Assembly: GCA_964402965.1 (NCBI GenBank)
Contig: CAYODY010000001.1
Location: forward strand, 5,724 to 69,723
Length of the DNA stretch: 64,000 nt
Origin: an uncultured Candidatus Saccharibacteria bacterium
Lineage (GTDB): Bacteria > Patescibacteriota > Doudnabacteria > UBA920
Direction of reading: 5' to 3'
The notes below the pieces were generated by a model. The model saw only the letters and a list, made by a program, of their open reading frames with translations. It did no database searches and was not told where the DNA came from. The stretch's first letter is position 1. The number at the start of each line of letters is the position of its first letter. A program made the position numbers and the translations under genes. This document shows positions 1-9,022 of this stretch, piece by piece.

Positions 1-202
1 CGCTTCCTAAAACTTTCATATAGTCACCGCAATGATCTGGTGCAACAATAATCAAAATTTCTTTTATTCCGGCAGACAACAGTTTCTCCAATGGATAGTA
101 AATCATTGGCTTGTTATATATCGGTAAAAGTTGTTTAGAGGTAACTTTGGTTAGTGGTCGTAGGCGAGTGCCTTCACCTCCTGAGAGAATAATACCTTTC
201 AT
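1..202 (-). CDS. rmlA: glucose-1-phosphate thymidylyltransferase, N-terminal part (gene runs off window start)
   Basis: Reverse-strand translation from ATG at 202: [38 protein letters not shown]..., matching the RmlA/RfbA G-x-G-T-R-L nucleotide-binding N-terminus. It lies downstream of rmlD-rmlC-rmlB on the same strand. Confidence 0.8.
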   Translation of the reverse strand, partial: MKGIILSGGEGTRLRPLTKVTSKQLLPIYNKPMIYYPLEKLLSAGIKEILIIVAPDHCGDYMKVLGS

Positions 203-248
203 AATTTCTGTGGTTTAAGTTAATTTGGAATTATTATTGATAATCTAC

Positions 249-1091
249 TCAAATACTCTCGTTAAGGTACTCACGCAATGCTTCTTGCCATGGGCGGAGT
301 TTCGGGAGTTTTGTGTTCATAAGTATACCATACTGAGGTCTGTCCGCAGGACGAACCCAATCCTTAAATGAATTGGCCTTTAGCGCAATATTTATGTTTT
401 TAATTTTAAAAATTTCCTCCGCCCATCCGTACCAACTAGTTTGGCCATCATTCACAAAATGATAAATCCCGTATGGGTTTTGACTCGATACCAATTGCAA
501 AGTATGATTTGCGAGGTCAAATGTCCAAGTTGGCTGACCATATTGGTCGGAGACACATTCAATTTCAGATTTTTGTTCAGCTAGTTCTAGCATTATGTCT
601 ACAAAATTCTTTTTACTAGATTTGCTTTGACCTTGTTTTCCGTATAACCAAGTCGTTCTAGCTATAAATGTTTTAGAACAATGTTTTTGAGCTTCAACTT
701 CGCCAAGCAGTTTTGATCTGCCATAGTTGCTTTGTGGATTTGGTTGGTCTGTTTCTTTATATCCGTTGGGATCATCTCCAGAAAAAACATAGTTCGTACT
801 ATAGTGAACGAATTTAGCACCAACAACTTCTGCGGCCTTAGCAAGGTAGCCAACTGCTGTCCCGTTAATTAAGTTTGCAACTTCAGGCTCATCTTCAGCT
901 TTATCTACAGCGTTGTATGCCGCGCAGTTAATTATTGTTTCTGGTTTTATTTCCGAAATTTTTTCTAGAACCTTAGATTCATTTGTAATATCTAAATCCT
1001 CAATTCCTAAGTAAACTGCTTGGTTGCCGAGCATTCTTTGGAATTCGCTTCCTAACGTACCGTCTTTGCCAATTATTAAATACTTCGTCAT
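249..1091 (-). CDS. rmlD: dTDP-4-dehydrorhamnose reductase
   Basis: 280-aa ORF in the rmlBCD(A) operon. It has a Rossmann N-terminus (IIGKDGTLGSEF) and RmlD-like length and composition. Confidence 0.8.
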   Translation of the reverse strand: MTKYLIIGKDGTLGSEFQRMLGNQAVYLGIEDLDITNESKVLEKISEIKPETIINCAAYNAVDKAEDEPEVANLINGTAVGYLAKAAEVVGAKFVHYSTNYVFSGDDPNGYKETDQPNPQSNYGRSKLLGEVEAQKHCSKTFIARTTWLYGKQGQSKSSKKNFVDIMLELAEQKSEIECVSDQYGQPTWTFDLANHTLQLVSSQNPYGIYHFVNDGQTSWYGWAEEIFKIKNINIALKANSFKDWVRPADRPQYGILMNTKLPKLRPWQEALREYLNESI

Positions 1092-1094
1092 ATT

Positions 1095-1637
1095 TTAGAA
1101 TTTATCTGGAAATAGGAATTCCATTGTTGGGTTATTGCTGTCTTTTTCTGAGATTACAGGAGTTGCTGTTTGCCATTCAATTCCAATTCGCTCGTCGTCC
1201 CAAGCTAAATTTCTTTCCATGTTTGGAGCCCAATACTCCGTCGTTAAATATGTATAGTCAGCATAATCGCTGAGTACTAGAAATGCATTTCCACAGTTAG
1301 CAGGAATGAATATACTGCGGAAATTATCTTCTCCTAAAATAATTGAAATATGCTCACCAAAAGTTTTTGAATCCGGTCTTGTGTCTACAACGATTTGCTG
1401 AACTTGACCGTTTACGCAAGTAATAAGTTTATTCCACGGAGCAATGTGAATTCCCCTGAGTGAATCGCGTTTTGAGCGAGAGTGGTTTGCTTGAGCAAAT
1501 GAAAATTCAAAACCTAGTTTAGAATCTAAATCGCTTTTGCGAAAAGTTTCTCTAAAAAATCCTCGTTCATCTGAAAAAACAGGACGTTCTATGATGTATA
1601 CACCTTCTAGTTCTGTCTCTGTAATGTAATCTGACAT
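1095..1637 (-). CDS. rmlC: dTDP-4-dehydrorhamnose 3,5-epimerase
   Basis: 180 aa with the cupin-fold RmlC signature (ERGFFRETF ... H ... K) and operon context. Confidence 0.85.
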   Translation of the reverse strand: MSDYITETELEGVYIIERPVFSDERGFFRETFRKSDLDSKLGFEFSFAQANHSRSKRDSLRGIHIAPWNKLITCVNGQVQQIVVDTRPDSKTFGEHISIILGEDNFRSIFIPANCGNAFLVLSDYADYTYLTTEYWAPNMERNLAWDDERIGIEWQTATPVISEKDSNNPTMEFLFPDKF

Positions 1638-1648
1638 TTTACTCGTGC

Positions 1649-2662
1649 TTAATTCTCAATAATTTGCTCACCTTTTTTCTCGTAGAACTGCTCGCTTTCT
1701 TCTGCTTGTTTTTGCCACCAATTTTTATTTGCCTGATACCAATCTATGGTAGTTGCAAGCCAAGTTTTAAAATCTGCTTGAGGTTCCCAACCGAGCTCTC
1801 TATTTATCTTAGACCAATCCACTGCGTATTTTACATCGTGACCAGGACGGTCTGTAACCATTTCCAAACGAGATTCTGGTAAGTCTAAATGAGACAGAAT
1901 TAATTTCGCGACCTTAGTATTAGAAATTTCATCTGTCATTCCTCCAATACAATATGTTTCGCCAATTTTTCCTTTTTGCAAAATTGCATCAATCGCTCGG
2001 CAATGATCTTCAACAAACAACCAGTCGCGAATTTGATTGCCAGGTGTGTATAGCCGAATATTTTCTCCGTTTAACAAACGCACTATAGAGCGAGGGATAA
2101 ATTTTTCGGTATGTTGAAATGGCCCAAAGTTGTTACTGCAATTGCTAATCGTAAAAGGAATTCCGTAGGTTTCTCCGTAGCTTCTTACTAAATGATCACT
2201 TGAAGCTTTGCTTGCCGCGTATGGACTATTTGGTTCGTATGGAGACTGTTCGTTGAATTTATAATTTTGTTCCAATGGGATTGAACCAAAAACTTCATCT
2301 GTAGAAATATGATGAAATCTAGGAATTTTAAGTGCGCGTGCCATTTCTAAAAGAACGTGAGTTCCTAAAACATTTGACCTTGTAAAGACGTACGGGTCGG
2401 CAATGCTTCTGTCCACATGACTTTCTGCCGCAAAGTGGACTACGCAACCTGCACCAGACATTGCTCGATGGACTACTTCTGGATCGGTCACATCTCCTTC
2501 AATAAATTCAATCTGGTCTTTAACTTGAGCTAAACTTTCTATATTTCCTGCGTAAGTAAGTTTATCTAAAACTGTAATTGAGTCTTCTGGGTGATTTTTA
2601 CGCCAATAGTGCACAAAATTAGCGCCAATGAATCCAGCGCCACCTGTAATAAGTATTTTCAT
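1649..2662 (-). CDS. rmlB: dTDP-glucose 4,6-dehydratase
   Basis: 337 aa; N-terminal MKILITGGAGFIGANFVHYW and YxxxK SDR catalytic context; first gene of the rml operon. Confidence 0.9.
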   Translation of the reverse strand: MKILITGGAGFIGANFVHYWRKNHPEDSITVLDKLTYAGNIESLAQVKDQIEFIEGDVTDPEVVHRAMSGAGCVVHFAAESHVDRSIADPYVFTRSNVLGTHVLLEMARALKIPRFHHISTDEVFGSIPLEQNYKFNEQSPYEPNSPYAASKASSDHLVRSYGETYGIPFTISNCSNNFGPFQHTEKFIPRSIVRLLNGENIRLYTPGNQIRDWLFVEDHCRAIDAILQKGKIGETYCIGGMTDEISNTKVAKLILSHLDLPESRLEMVTDRPGHDVKYAVDWSKINRELGWEPQADFKTWLATTIDWYQANKNWWQKQAEESEQFYEKKGEQIIEN

Positions 2663-2742
2663 ATATTCAGTATATCAAAGCTTGGCTAGCCCGTAAAAAA
2701 ATAAAAACGCATCATGGGAAGACGCGTTTTCGTTTGTGTAAA

Positions 2743-3267
2743 CTATTTCGAATCAATGATTTTCTCAAATGATTCAAAATCTTGTAAAAATTCTCCTACA
2801 AAGTCAGCATGTGCACTCAGTGCTTTCTGGGAACGAATCCTGAGGTACTGCTGGCCAATTTTTGTAATAGACTTCACATCATTTTCGGCAAGCACAATGT
2901 GCTTCCAAACTTTCTCCTCCTGTTCGTTAGTGTCGGCATACTCAAGCGCAGAACGGAAATCTTTAATAGAGTCGTTTGCACGGAGGTACGCATTTAGGAT
3001 ATCTTCGAACTTATTGCCGAAGTTATTGTTTTGTTCGAGTTTTTTAACGCCCGCTTCGAAATGCTCTGTAAACAAAGCTTCTCTTTGAATCCGCGCTTGT
3101 TGCGCTGCTTCATTGGCGTAGAAACTCAAAACCCAAAGTGAGTAAACACTTCCGACTGCGAAAAGAAAGATTCCTGCTAACTTCAACAGCTTAGATGCGC
3201 AGTTATCGATACAAAATGTCATCTTGGCTTCCTCCTGTTTCCTCTGCCTGTAGTCTGAGCAAATCAT
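2743..3267 (-). CDS. hypothetical membrane-anchored protein
   Basis: 174-aa ORF with one N-terminal TM helix (LLKLAGIFLFAVGSVYSLWVLSFY) and a helical remainder. No family recognised. A weak hairpin follows it at about 2700-2725. Confidence 0.4.
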   Translation of the reverse strand: MICSDYRQRKQEEAKMTFCIDNCASKLLKLAGIFLFAVGSVYSLWVLSFYANEAAQQARIQREALFTEHFEAGVKKLEQNNNFGNKFEDILNAYLRANDSIKDFRSALEYADTNEQEEKVWKHIVLAENDVKSITKIGQQYLRIRSQKALSAHADFVGEFLQDFESFEKIIDSK

Positions 3268-3344
3268 ACTCTTTTTGCTGTAAAAGTCAATGGCTTTGGT
3301 TAAATAAAACCCACTGTAGGTTAGTTTTCTGCTATTATATAGAC

Positions 3345-4361
3345 ATGTCTAAAGTTGCTTTGGTTAATATTGTCTACAATTCAATGAAATATATTCCGAA
3401 GGTTTTTCCTTCGGTATTAAATCAGACACATAAAAACTCAACCTTTTATGTAGTAATTGCAGGCAATGAAAATGGTGAAAAAGAGTTTATTCAAGAAAAC
3501 TATCCTGAAATTGTAATTATTGATCCAGGGTATAACATTGGTTTTGCTAAGGGTCATAATGAGCTGTTTTCTTCCATAGGTGCAGATTTTTTTCAGCTTG
3601 TTAATCCTGATTTAGTTCTAACTGAAAATTTTGTAGAGGAAATGCTAAAGCCATTTGAAGATCCAAACATTGGGGCAGTTTCTGGAAAAATTTTACAATA
3701 CGATTTCGAGAAAAATTCAACTACAAATATAATTGATACTACTGGAGTTCTTATTTCAAAATCTGGACGTGGCCGAGATAGGGGACAACATGAAGTAGAT
3801 TCTGGTCAGTACGATACTCAGACGAACTTAATTGCTGTTTCAGGCGCCGCGGCTATGTATCGAAAATCTGCTTTAGAAAGTGTAAAATATACGTATCCAA
3901 ACAGGCATGTAAAAGCAGGACAAACTGAGTATTTTGATGAAGAGTTTTTTATGTATTGGGAAGATGTAGATTTGTCTTGGCGAATAGTTAATAGTGGGTG
4001 GAAAATTCAGTACAACCCGAAAGCTATTGCTTACCATGGTAGAACAGCCGCATCTAGTCCTGGAGGGTACAAAAAAGTCTTGCAATTTATTAAACACCAT
4101 AAAAAAATATCTTCAAGAATTTTAGAGTGGAACTATAAAAATCACATTTTTATGTTCATAAAAAATTCACCTAAATTCTATTTTAAATTTTTTCAAAGGG
4201 AAATTTTCTATCAAATATACGTACTTGTTTTTGAATCAGCAACTTTAAAAATTCTGCCAACATTTTTCAAACAATTGAAAAGCATGTGGCAGAAAAGAAA
4301 ATTTATTCAATCAAACCGTAAAATCTCAATAGAAGATATGGAAAACCTTTTCACTAGCTAA
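3345..4361 (+). CDS. family-2 glycosyltransferase (rhamnosyltransferase-like)
   Basis: Start trimmed from track ORF 3195 to the in-frame ATG at 3345 (MSKVALVNIVYNSMKYIPKVFPSVLNQT is the GT2 N-terminus). Internal GT2 motifs are present (DPGYNIGFAKGHN, YWEDVDLSWR). It sits next to the rml operon. A TATTAT box at 3334-3339 suggests a very short leader. Confidence 0.75.
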   Translation: MSKVALVNIVYNSMKYIPKVFPSVLNQTHKNSTFYVVIAGNENGEKEFIQENYPEIVIIDPGYNIGFAKGHNELFSSIGADFFQLVNPDLVLTENFVEEMLKPFEDPNIGAVSGKILQYDFEKNSTTNIIDTTGVLISKSGRGRDRGQHEVDSGQYDTQTNLIAVSGAAAMYRKSALESVKYTYPNRHVKAGQTEYFDEEFFMYWEDVDLSWRIVNSGWKIQYNPKAIAYHGRTAASSPGGYKKVLQFIKHHKKISSRILEWNYKNHIFMFIKNSPKFYFKFFQREIFYQIYVLVFESATLKILPTFFKQLKSMWQKRKFIQSNRKISIEDMENLFTS

Positions 4362-4416
4362 GTTTTGAAAACTCTGATTAAAAATTAAACTCCCATTTAA
4401 CTCGAACTAACTTACT

Positions 4417-5292
4417 ATGACTTTGTCTATAATAATACTTTTATATAATTCACGTGATGTAATTGAGGTAACACTTGATTCTGTTTTTGCGTCGAAAGTA
4501 AATTTTCCATACGAAGTCATTATAGTAGATAATAATTCTCCGGATGATGGTGTTGAATTAGTTAAGACAAAATACTTAAGCCGGCCTGAATTAGCAAGTA
4601 AAATTAAATTAATTTTACGTGACAGTAACGATGGTTTTGGAATAGGCAATAACGCAGGGTTAAAACAAGCAGTGGGTGACTATTTGTTGCTTTTAAATTC
4701 TGATACAAAACTTTCACCTGAAAACTTAGAGATCATGGTGGACTTTATGAAAACCCGACCAGATATTGGTGCCGCTACTTGTAAGTTAATAAAAGCAGAT
4801 GGGGAAATAGACTTAGCATCTCGTCGCAGTGAACCAAACTTAGCTCGGTCATTCTTTAGATTGTTCGGCTTCCAAAAACTATTTCCTAAAATCTTTGGTG
4901 GCTACAACATGTTAAATAAAAGCCCGGATATAGAAAGTGAGATTGAAGCATGCAGTGGTGCGTACACTTTAATGTCCAGGAAAGCCTATGAAGTTTCAGG
5001 TGGTTTTGACGAGCGATATTTTATGTATGCTGAAGACCTTGATCTTTGTCGGACAATCCGCGAATCTGGATTAAAAATTTGGTGGTATCCAAAAACAACA
5101 TGCGTGCATTTTAGAGGGCAGTCTACTAAAAAAACATCACAAAAAATGCTTCATGCTTTTTATCATGCAAACTGGATTTACTATAAAAAGTGGTATAGCA
5201 CGAAATACTATCATTTAATGGATCTTCCTGTGTATTTTGCGAATTGGAGTTTGTACTACTTTAAATCAGTGCTAAATTTTTTCAAAAATTGA
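4417..5292 (+). CDS. family-2 glycosyltransferase
   Basis: MTLSIIILLYNSRDVIEVTLDSV...IIVDNNSPDDG, then the DxD region and a YAEDLDLC motif typical of GT2 (GT-A fold). Confidence 0.8.
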   Translation: MTLSIIILLYNSRDVIEVTLDSVFASKVNFPYEVIIVDNNSPDDGVELVKTKYLSRPELASKIKLILRDSNDGFGIGNNAGLKQAVGDYLLLLNSDTKLSPENLEIMVDFMKTRPDIGAATCKLIKADGEIDLASRRSEPNLARSFFRLFGFQKLFPKIFGGYNMLNKSPDIESEIEACSGAYTLMSRKAYEVSGGFDERYFMYAEDLDLCRTIRESGLKIWWYPKTTCVHFRGQSTKKTSQKMLHAFYHANWIYYKKWYSTKYYHLMDLPVYFANWSLYYFKSVLNFFKN

Positions 5293-5324
5293 CAAAAGCC
5301 TAAAATTTAGGCATAATATAACAA

Positions 5325-6767
5325 ATGTCAGATGAATCTTTGCACCCCACAGGGGAACCTAAGAAACCGTTAATTGCGTCAGAACAAATGCGCAAGTTTT
5401 TAAATATGGAGTCTGGTCAATCACAGCAAGAACCACTACATGCGGGAGATATTCCACCAGACTTACCATTTTTAGAAACATTAGAAACTCCACCAAAAAA
5501 TGCTTTGGAAATAATGAGTGCAGGTGCAAATCCAAAAGTTGGAGAAGGGAAACATTCAAATCCAATCACTCAAATTTTGCGTCCTTCTACAGAAAAAGGC
5601 CACGAAGCATACGCGTTTGTTCTTTGGGCATTAAAGAGTATTGTTCCGTACGTTGTAATTTTCGCTATTGGGCTTGGCTTGTACTTTTTCTATTTCAGCG
5701 ATTTTTCTATTAACAATTTATTCAAGTCCAATAACTTAACAATTGAAAATGTTAGTACGACAACAAATGCAGATTTGGAAAAACTTAAGACTTCTGAAAA
5801 AATAAATTACGATGCTTGGATAAAACAATTTTTCTTTGAAGTAAATGATGCTGAAATTATTTCTATGGATACAGATGTATCTGGAAATGGTTTAACTAAC
5901 TTTGAAAAATATTTATTAAATTTAAATCCGAAAGTTTACAGTACTCGAGGGGGCAATCAGCCTGATGGGCAATTGGTAATAAATGGCACAAGTCCATGGA
6001 CCGGAAAACCTTTCACTGACAAACAAAAAGAATTAGTAGATAAATACTTAAATAAGGAAGTAATTAGTAATCGCATTACTGCTGCGGCATTAACACGTGG
6101 TGCAACAAAATTTGCGGAATATGTAAATCCTGATTCTCCATACTACATAACTCCAAGTACAGAACAAACCGGAGTACCTCAAACACCTGGTAGTTCAGGA
6201 ATCTATGAGCCAACAAATACAAACCCTGAAATTGTAAACAATCAAACGGCGGGGAATGTAGCACAGCAAACACAGAATCAATCTCAAGGAAATCTAAATT
6301 CAAACACAGATATCAATCTAAGTGTTCCTGGAAGAATAGAAATTCCTTCAAACAATATTTCAGTACCATTAATATGGACTACCGCTGTTGCAAATTTTGA
6401 AAAGGACTTAAAAAAGGGAGTTGTTCACTACCCAGGAACAGCGCTTCCAGGTCAAACTGGAACAAGTTACATTTCTGGACATTCCAGCGGATATCTTTGG
6501 GACAAGTCACCATACAAAACAATTTTTGCTGGTTTAGGAAATGTAAAAGATGGTACTTCGTTTACAGTTACAGTAACTCTTAAAAATGGAAAACAGGTTA
6601 GGTATAATTATGTTGTTGAACGTCGTGGGGAGTATGCAGCGAACGATCAAGCACAATTTGTGAACACAGCAGATTCTGTTGTAGCGCTATCTACATGTTG
6701 GCCAATAGGAACTACAGCAAAACGATTAGTTTTGTTTGGAAAACTCACTCAAACAGAGAATCTATAG
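5325..6767 (+). CDS. sortase-family transpeptidase (Cys type) with a long N-terminal cytoplasmic/low-complexity region and one TM helix
   Basis: The C-terminal ~150 aa carries the sortase catalytic triad context. This is VVHYPGTALPGQTGTSYISGHSS (His), ALSTCWPIG (the TLxTC-type Cys, codon tgt) and AKRLVLFG (Arg). A TM helix lies at about residues 100-125. Confidence 0.7.
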   Translation: MSDESLHPTGEPKKPLIASEQMRKFLNMESGQSQQEPLHAGDIPPDLPFLETLETPPKNALEIMSAGANPKVGEGKHSNPITQILRPSTEKGHEAYAFVLWALKSIVPYVVIFAIGLGLYFFYFSDFSINNLFKSNNLTIENVSTTTNADLEKLKTSEKINYDAWIKQFFFEVNDAEIISMDTDVSGNGLTNFEKYLLNLNPKVYSTRGGNQPDGQLVINGTSPWTGKPFTDKQKELVDKYLNKEVISNRITAAALTRGATKFAEYVNPDSPYYITPSTEQTGVPQTPGSSGIYEPTNTNPEIVNNQTAGNVAQQTQNQSQGNLNSNTDINLSVPGRIEIPSNNISVPLIWTTAVANFEKDLKKGVVHYPGTALPGQTGTSYISGHSSGYLWDKSPYKTIFAGLGNVKDGTSFTVTVTLKNGKQVRYNYVVERRGEYAANDQAQFVNTADSVVALSTCWPIGTTAKRLVLFGKLTQTENL

Positions 6768-6816
6768 TATTTCCTTAGTCAATACTTCATTAGATTTTAC
6801 TATTTTCCGCATATTT

Positions 6817-6840
6817 AAGCCATAAAAAATGGCTTTTTAT
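6817..6840 (+). terminator. rho-independent terminator after the sortase gene
   Basis: AAGCCAT-aaaaa-ATGGCTT hairpin followed by a TTTTAT run. Confidence 0.55.
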
Positions 6841-6871
6841 GTGCTATTATTTAATTATATACACAGCTATT

Positions 6872-6900
6872 GACTTATATGCATTTTTATGTTATATTAT
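6872..6900 (+). promoter_or_regulatory. sigma70-like promoter upstream of the GC-rich island gene
   Basis: TTGACT, a 17-nt spacer (tatatgcatttttatgt), then TATATT. The leader to the ATG at 7117 is about 215 nt. Confidence 0.5.
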
Positions 6901-7116
6901 TGGGTCATAGTTGAGTTTGGTGAGAAAACTGTACTCACAACCTATGGCTGATAGATTTATGTCCATCACCCTGAAATATTAACTTAGTCAGGGCTTTGGT
7001 GGACAATGATCTGTCTAATCAATATCAAACTGATAGTTAGCAGAAACTTTAGTAGGTTTGAACAATTGTTGTTTGAGTCGTTACTAAAGTACACAATTCC
7101 TGAGGAGGATAAAAAG

Positions 7117-8046
7117 ATGATTCAGAAATTTTTAATCGCAATATTTTTGCTGCTGGCGTTGTCAGTGGTCGGATTTGGCCAGGAATACAACCTGGTCAAG
7201 GTGCAGGACAACGGTGCTATACAGAAATGTGGCCCGTTGCCGGACTGGGACTTCTCAAAAGTCGTCCCATACAAGCCGCGATTCAGAACCGCAGCAGTCG
7301 GGTATGTTCGTGTCGAGAGATATAATAAAATCACTCTCGCTTGCGAACAAACGTCGTTGCCCAACTACCGTTCGAACAACGGTTATGGTTGGGTGCTAAA
7401 CGTCGAGGGAAGCCATTATGGTTTCACTAGTACTGGGCAAATTCGGTACCTTGGTACCGCTGATGGTGCTTACCTGAAATGTCACAACCACGTTGTGGGA
7501 TTTTGGGAGGTGAATGTGAATATTGTTGAGGAAAAGGAAGAATTTGTTCCTGTTCCGAAACCTTCGCCTTCACCTTCGCCCAGTCCCTCGCCTTCGCCGT
7601 TGCCTGTCGCACCGATTTGTAAAACGGTGAATGGTCAAGCCAACACTGTTGGTCTGACTATAGAGCAGGCCGTCAAGAGCGGTTTGCTTGTTGACGGAGA
7701 AGGAAACTGCGCCCAGCATCCTGAACCGGTGGTTCAGGAAAAAGTGAAGAAGAAAGGCGCTAACAAGTGGCTTTCTGCACTTTGTGGAGCCGCAGGTGGT
7801 GGGATAACCGCTTACCTGAGGACCGGACAGCTCGGCGGAACTCTAGCAGGTGCTGGAGTAGGCAGCGGTGCTGGCCTTGGTATAGGCTTCATTCCGGGTT
7901 CAAAAACCTGGTACGGTTGTTTTGGCGGCGCAGCGGGGTTGTTAATCCCGAAGAACGCCGTAAAGAACCAAAGTAACGGAGGAGGTCCAATCCGCGGTAG
8001 CGGAAACGGGCAAGGTGCGCCGGTCGTTAGGCCGACTCGCCAATAG
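7117..8046 (+). CDS. secreted protein with (PS)n linker and glycine-zipper C-terminus, encoded on a compositional (high-GC) island
   Basis: Start placed at ATG 7117, directly after a GAGGAGG RBS; the track ORF starts at 7006 in AT-rich sequence. Features in order are a signal peptide MIQKFLIAIFLLLALSVVGFG, a Cys-containing domain, PSPSPSPSPSPSPLP, a second Cys-containing segment and a Gly-rich hydrophobic tail (GAAGGGITAYL...GAGVGSGAGLGIGFIPG...GGAAGLLIP). GC content and codon usage (CTG, GGC, CCG) differ sharply from all neighbours. Confidence 0.6.
   Translation: MIQKFLIAIFLLLALSVVGFGQEYNLVKVQDNGAIQKCGPLPDWDFSKVVPYKPRFRTAAVGYVRVERYNKITLACEQTSLPNYRSNNGYGWVLNVEGSHYGFTSTGQIRYLGTADGAYLKCHNHVVGFWEVNVNIVEEKEEFVPVPKPSPSPSPSPSPSPLPVAPICKTVNGQANTVGLTIEQAVKSGLLVDGEGNCAQHPEPVVQEKVKKKGANKWLSALCGAAGGGITAYLRTGQLGGTLAGAGVGSGAGLGIGFIPGSKTWYGCFGGAAGLLIPKNAVKNQSNGGGPIRGSGNGQGAPVVRPTRQ
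7561..7602 (+). repeat. in-frame Pro-Ser dipeptide repeat coding tract
   Basis: ccttcgccttcaccttcgcccagtccctcgccttcgccg encodes PSPSPSPSPSPSP. Confidence 0.7.
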
Positions 8047-8080
8047 TCCCTAACGTAATCTGTCTCATCTGTCCTCTAGT

Positions 8081-8132
8081 CAGCGGAATCCATTTGCATT
8101 TATTTGCACTTGGTTTCCGCTGATTTTTTTTT
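8081..8132 (+). terminator. rho-independent terminator after the island gene
   Basis: CAGCGGAA ... TTCCGCTG stem with a long loop, followed by a T9 run. Confidence 0.5.
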
Positions 8133-8209
8133 GTTTAATTACATTAGGCTTCTAAAATTCCCCGAAACCATTAAATTTGTTATACTTAATACAAGTAATT
8201 TAATAAAAA

Positions 8210-8935
8210 ATGAAAAAACTATCAGTCGTCATTCCAGCATATAACGAGGAAAAACGTATTGCTGAAACTTTGGCAAACATCGACAGTTACTTAGAAAAAC
8301 AGAGTTATGACTACGAAATTATCGTAGTTGTAAATAATTCAAAAGATAGAACTGTTGAAGTTGTAAATGAACTAGAAAAATCCACGATTCAAAAAGCGAC
8401 AGCTTTAAACTTAAAAGAAGGTGGAAAAGGAAACGCTGTTAAGCGTGGGATTTTAGAGAAGGCAACAGGGGACATAATTATGTTCATGGATGCCGACAAT
8501 GCTACTCCAATTAATGAGATTGAAAAGTTTTTACCATATTTTGATCAAGGTTTTGATGTAGTAATTGGTTCAAGATATACAAACCCAGACTTGGTTAAAG
8601 TACATCAGCCTTTTTACCGAATTGTTCTTTCAAGAATGAGTAACTTGCTTATTCAATTCTTAGCAGTTCCTGGGATTAAAGATACTCAACTTGGTTTTAA
8701 AGCTTTTACAAACAAAGCGGCAAAAGAAATATTTCCTATCGTTACCGTGCTTCGTTGGGGTTTCGACATGGAAGTTCTAACAATTGCATTGGCACGTGGG
8801 TTTAAGATTAAAGAAATTGGTGTGTCTTGGACAGAACATGGTGGCGGACACGTTCCATTAATCGCATATGTTGAATCTTTAATTGATCTTTTCAAAATTA
8901 AATTACGTTCAATTACTGGTAAATACAAAAAATAG
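8210..8935 (+). CDS. polyprenol-phosphate glycosyltransferase (GtrB/Dpm1-like GT2)
   Basis: MKKLSVVIPAYNEEKRIAETL ... FMDADNATP (DAD motif) ... GSRY. Length is 241 aa, and there is no large C-terminal membrane domain, as in the GtrB/DPM1 family. Confidence 0.8.
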   Translation: MKKLSVVIPAYNEEKRIAETLANIDSYLEKQSYDYEIIVVVNNSKDRTVEVVNELEKSTIQKATALNLKEGGKGNAVKRGILEKATGDIIMFMDADNATPINEIEKFLPYFDQGFDVVIGSRYTNPDLVKVHQPFYRIVLSRMSNLLIQFLAVPGIKDTQLGFKAFTNKAAKEIFPIVTVLRWGFDMEVLTIALARGFKIKEIGVSWTEHGGGHVPLIAYVESLIDLFKIKLRSITGKYKK

Positions 8936-9022
8936 AATTTTAAAATAGATTCTATTAGCTTGCAAATTTCTGAAACAATTCCTCAACTCCGAACGTTATA
9001 CTTACAAATATCCAAATTATAA

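Noticed and set aside
2743-3267. LemA-family assignment for the 174-aa membrane protein.
   Set aside because: It has the size and the N-terminal TM of LemA, but none of the conserved LemA motifs could be aligned. It is left as hypothetical.
7006-7116. Upstream extension of the island ORF (track start 7006, MICLINIK...).
   Set aside because: The extension is AT-rich like host intergenic DNA and has no RBS. The ATG at 7117 is preceded by GAGGAGG and begins a proper signal peptide.
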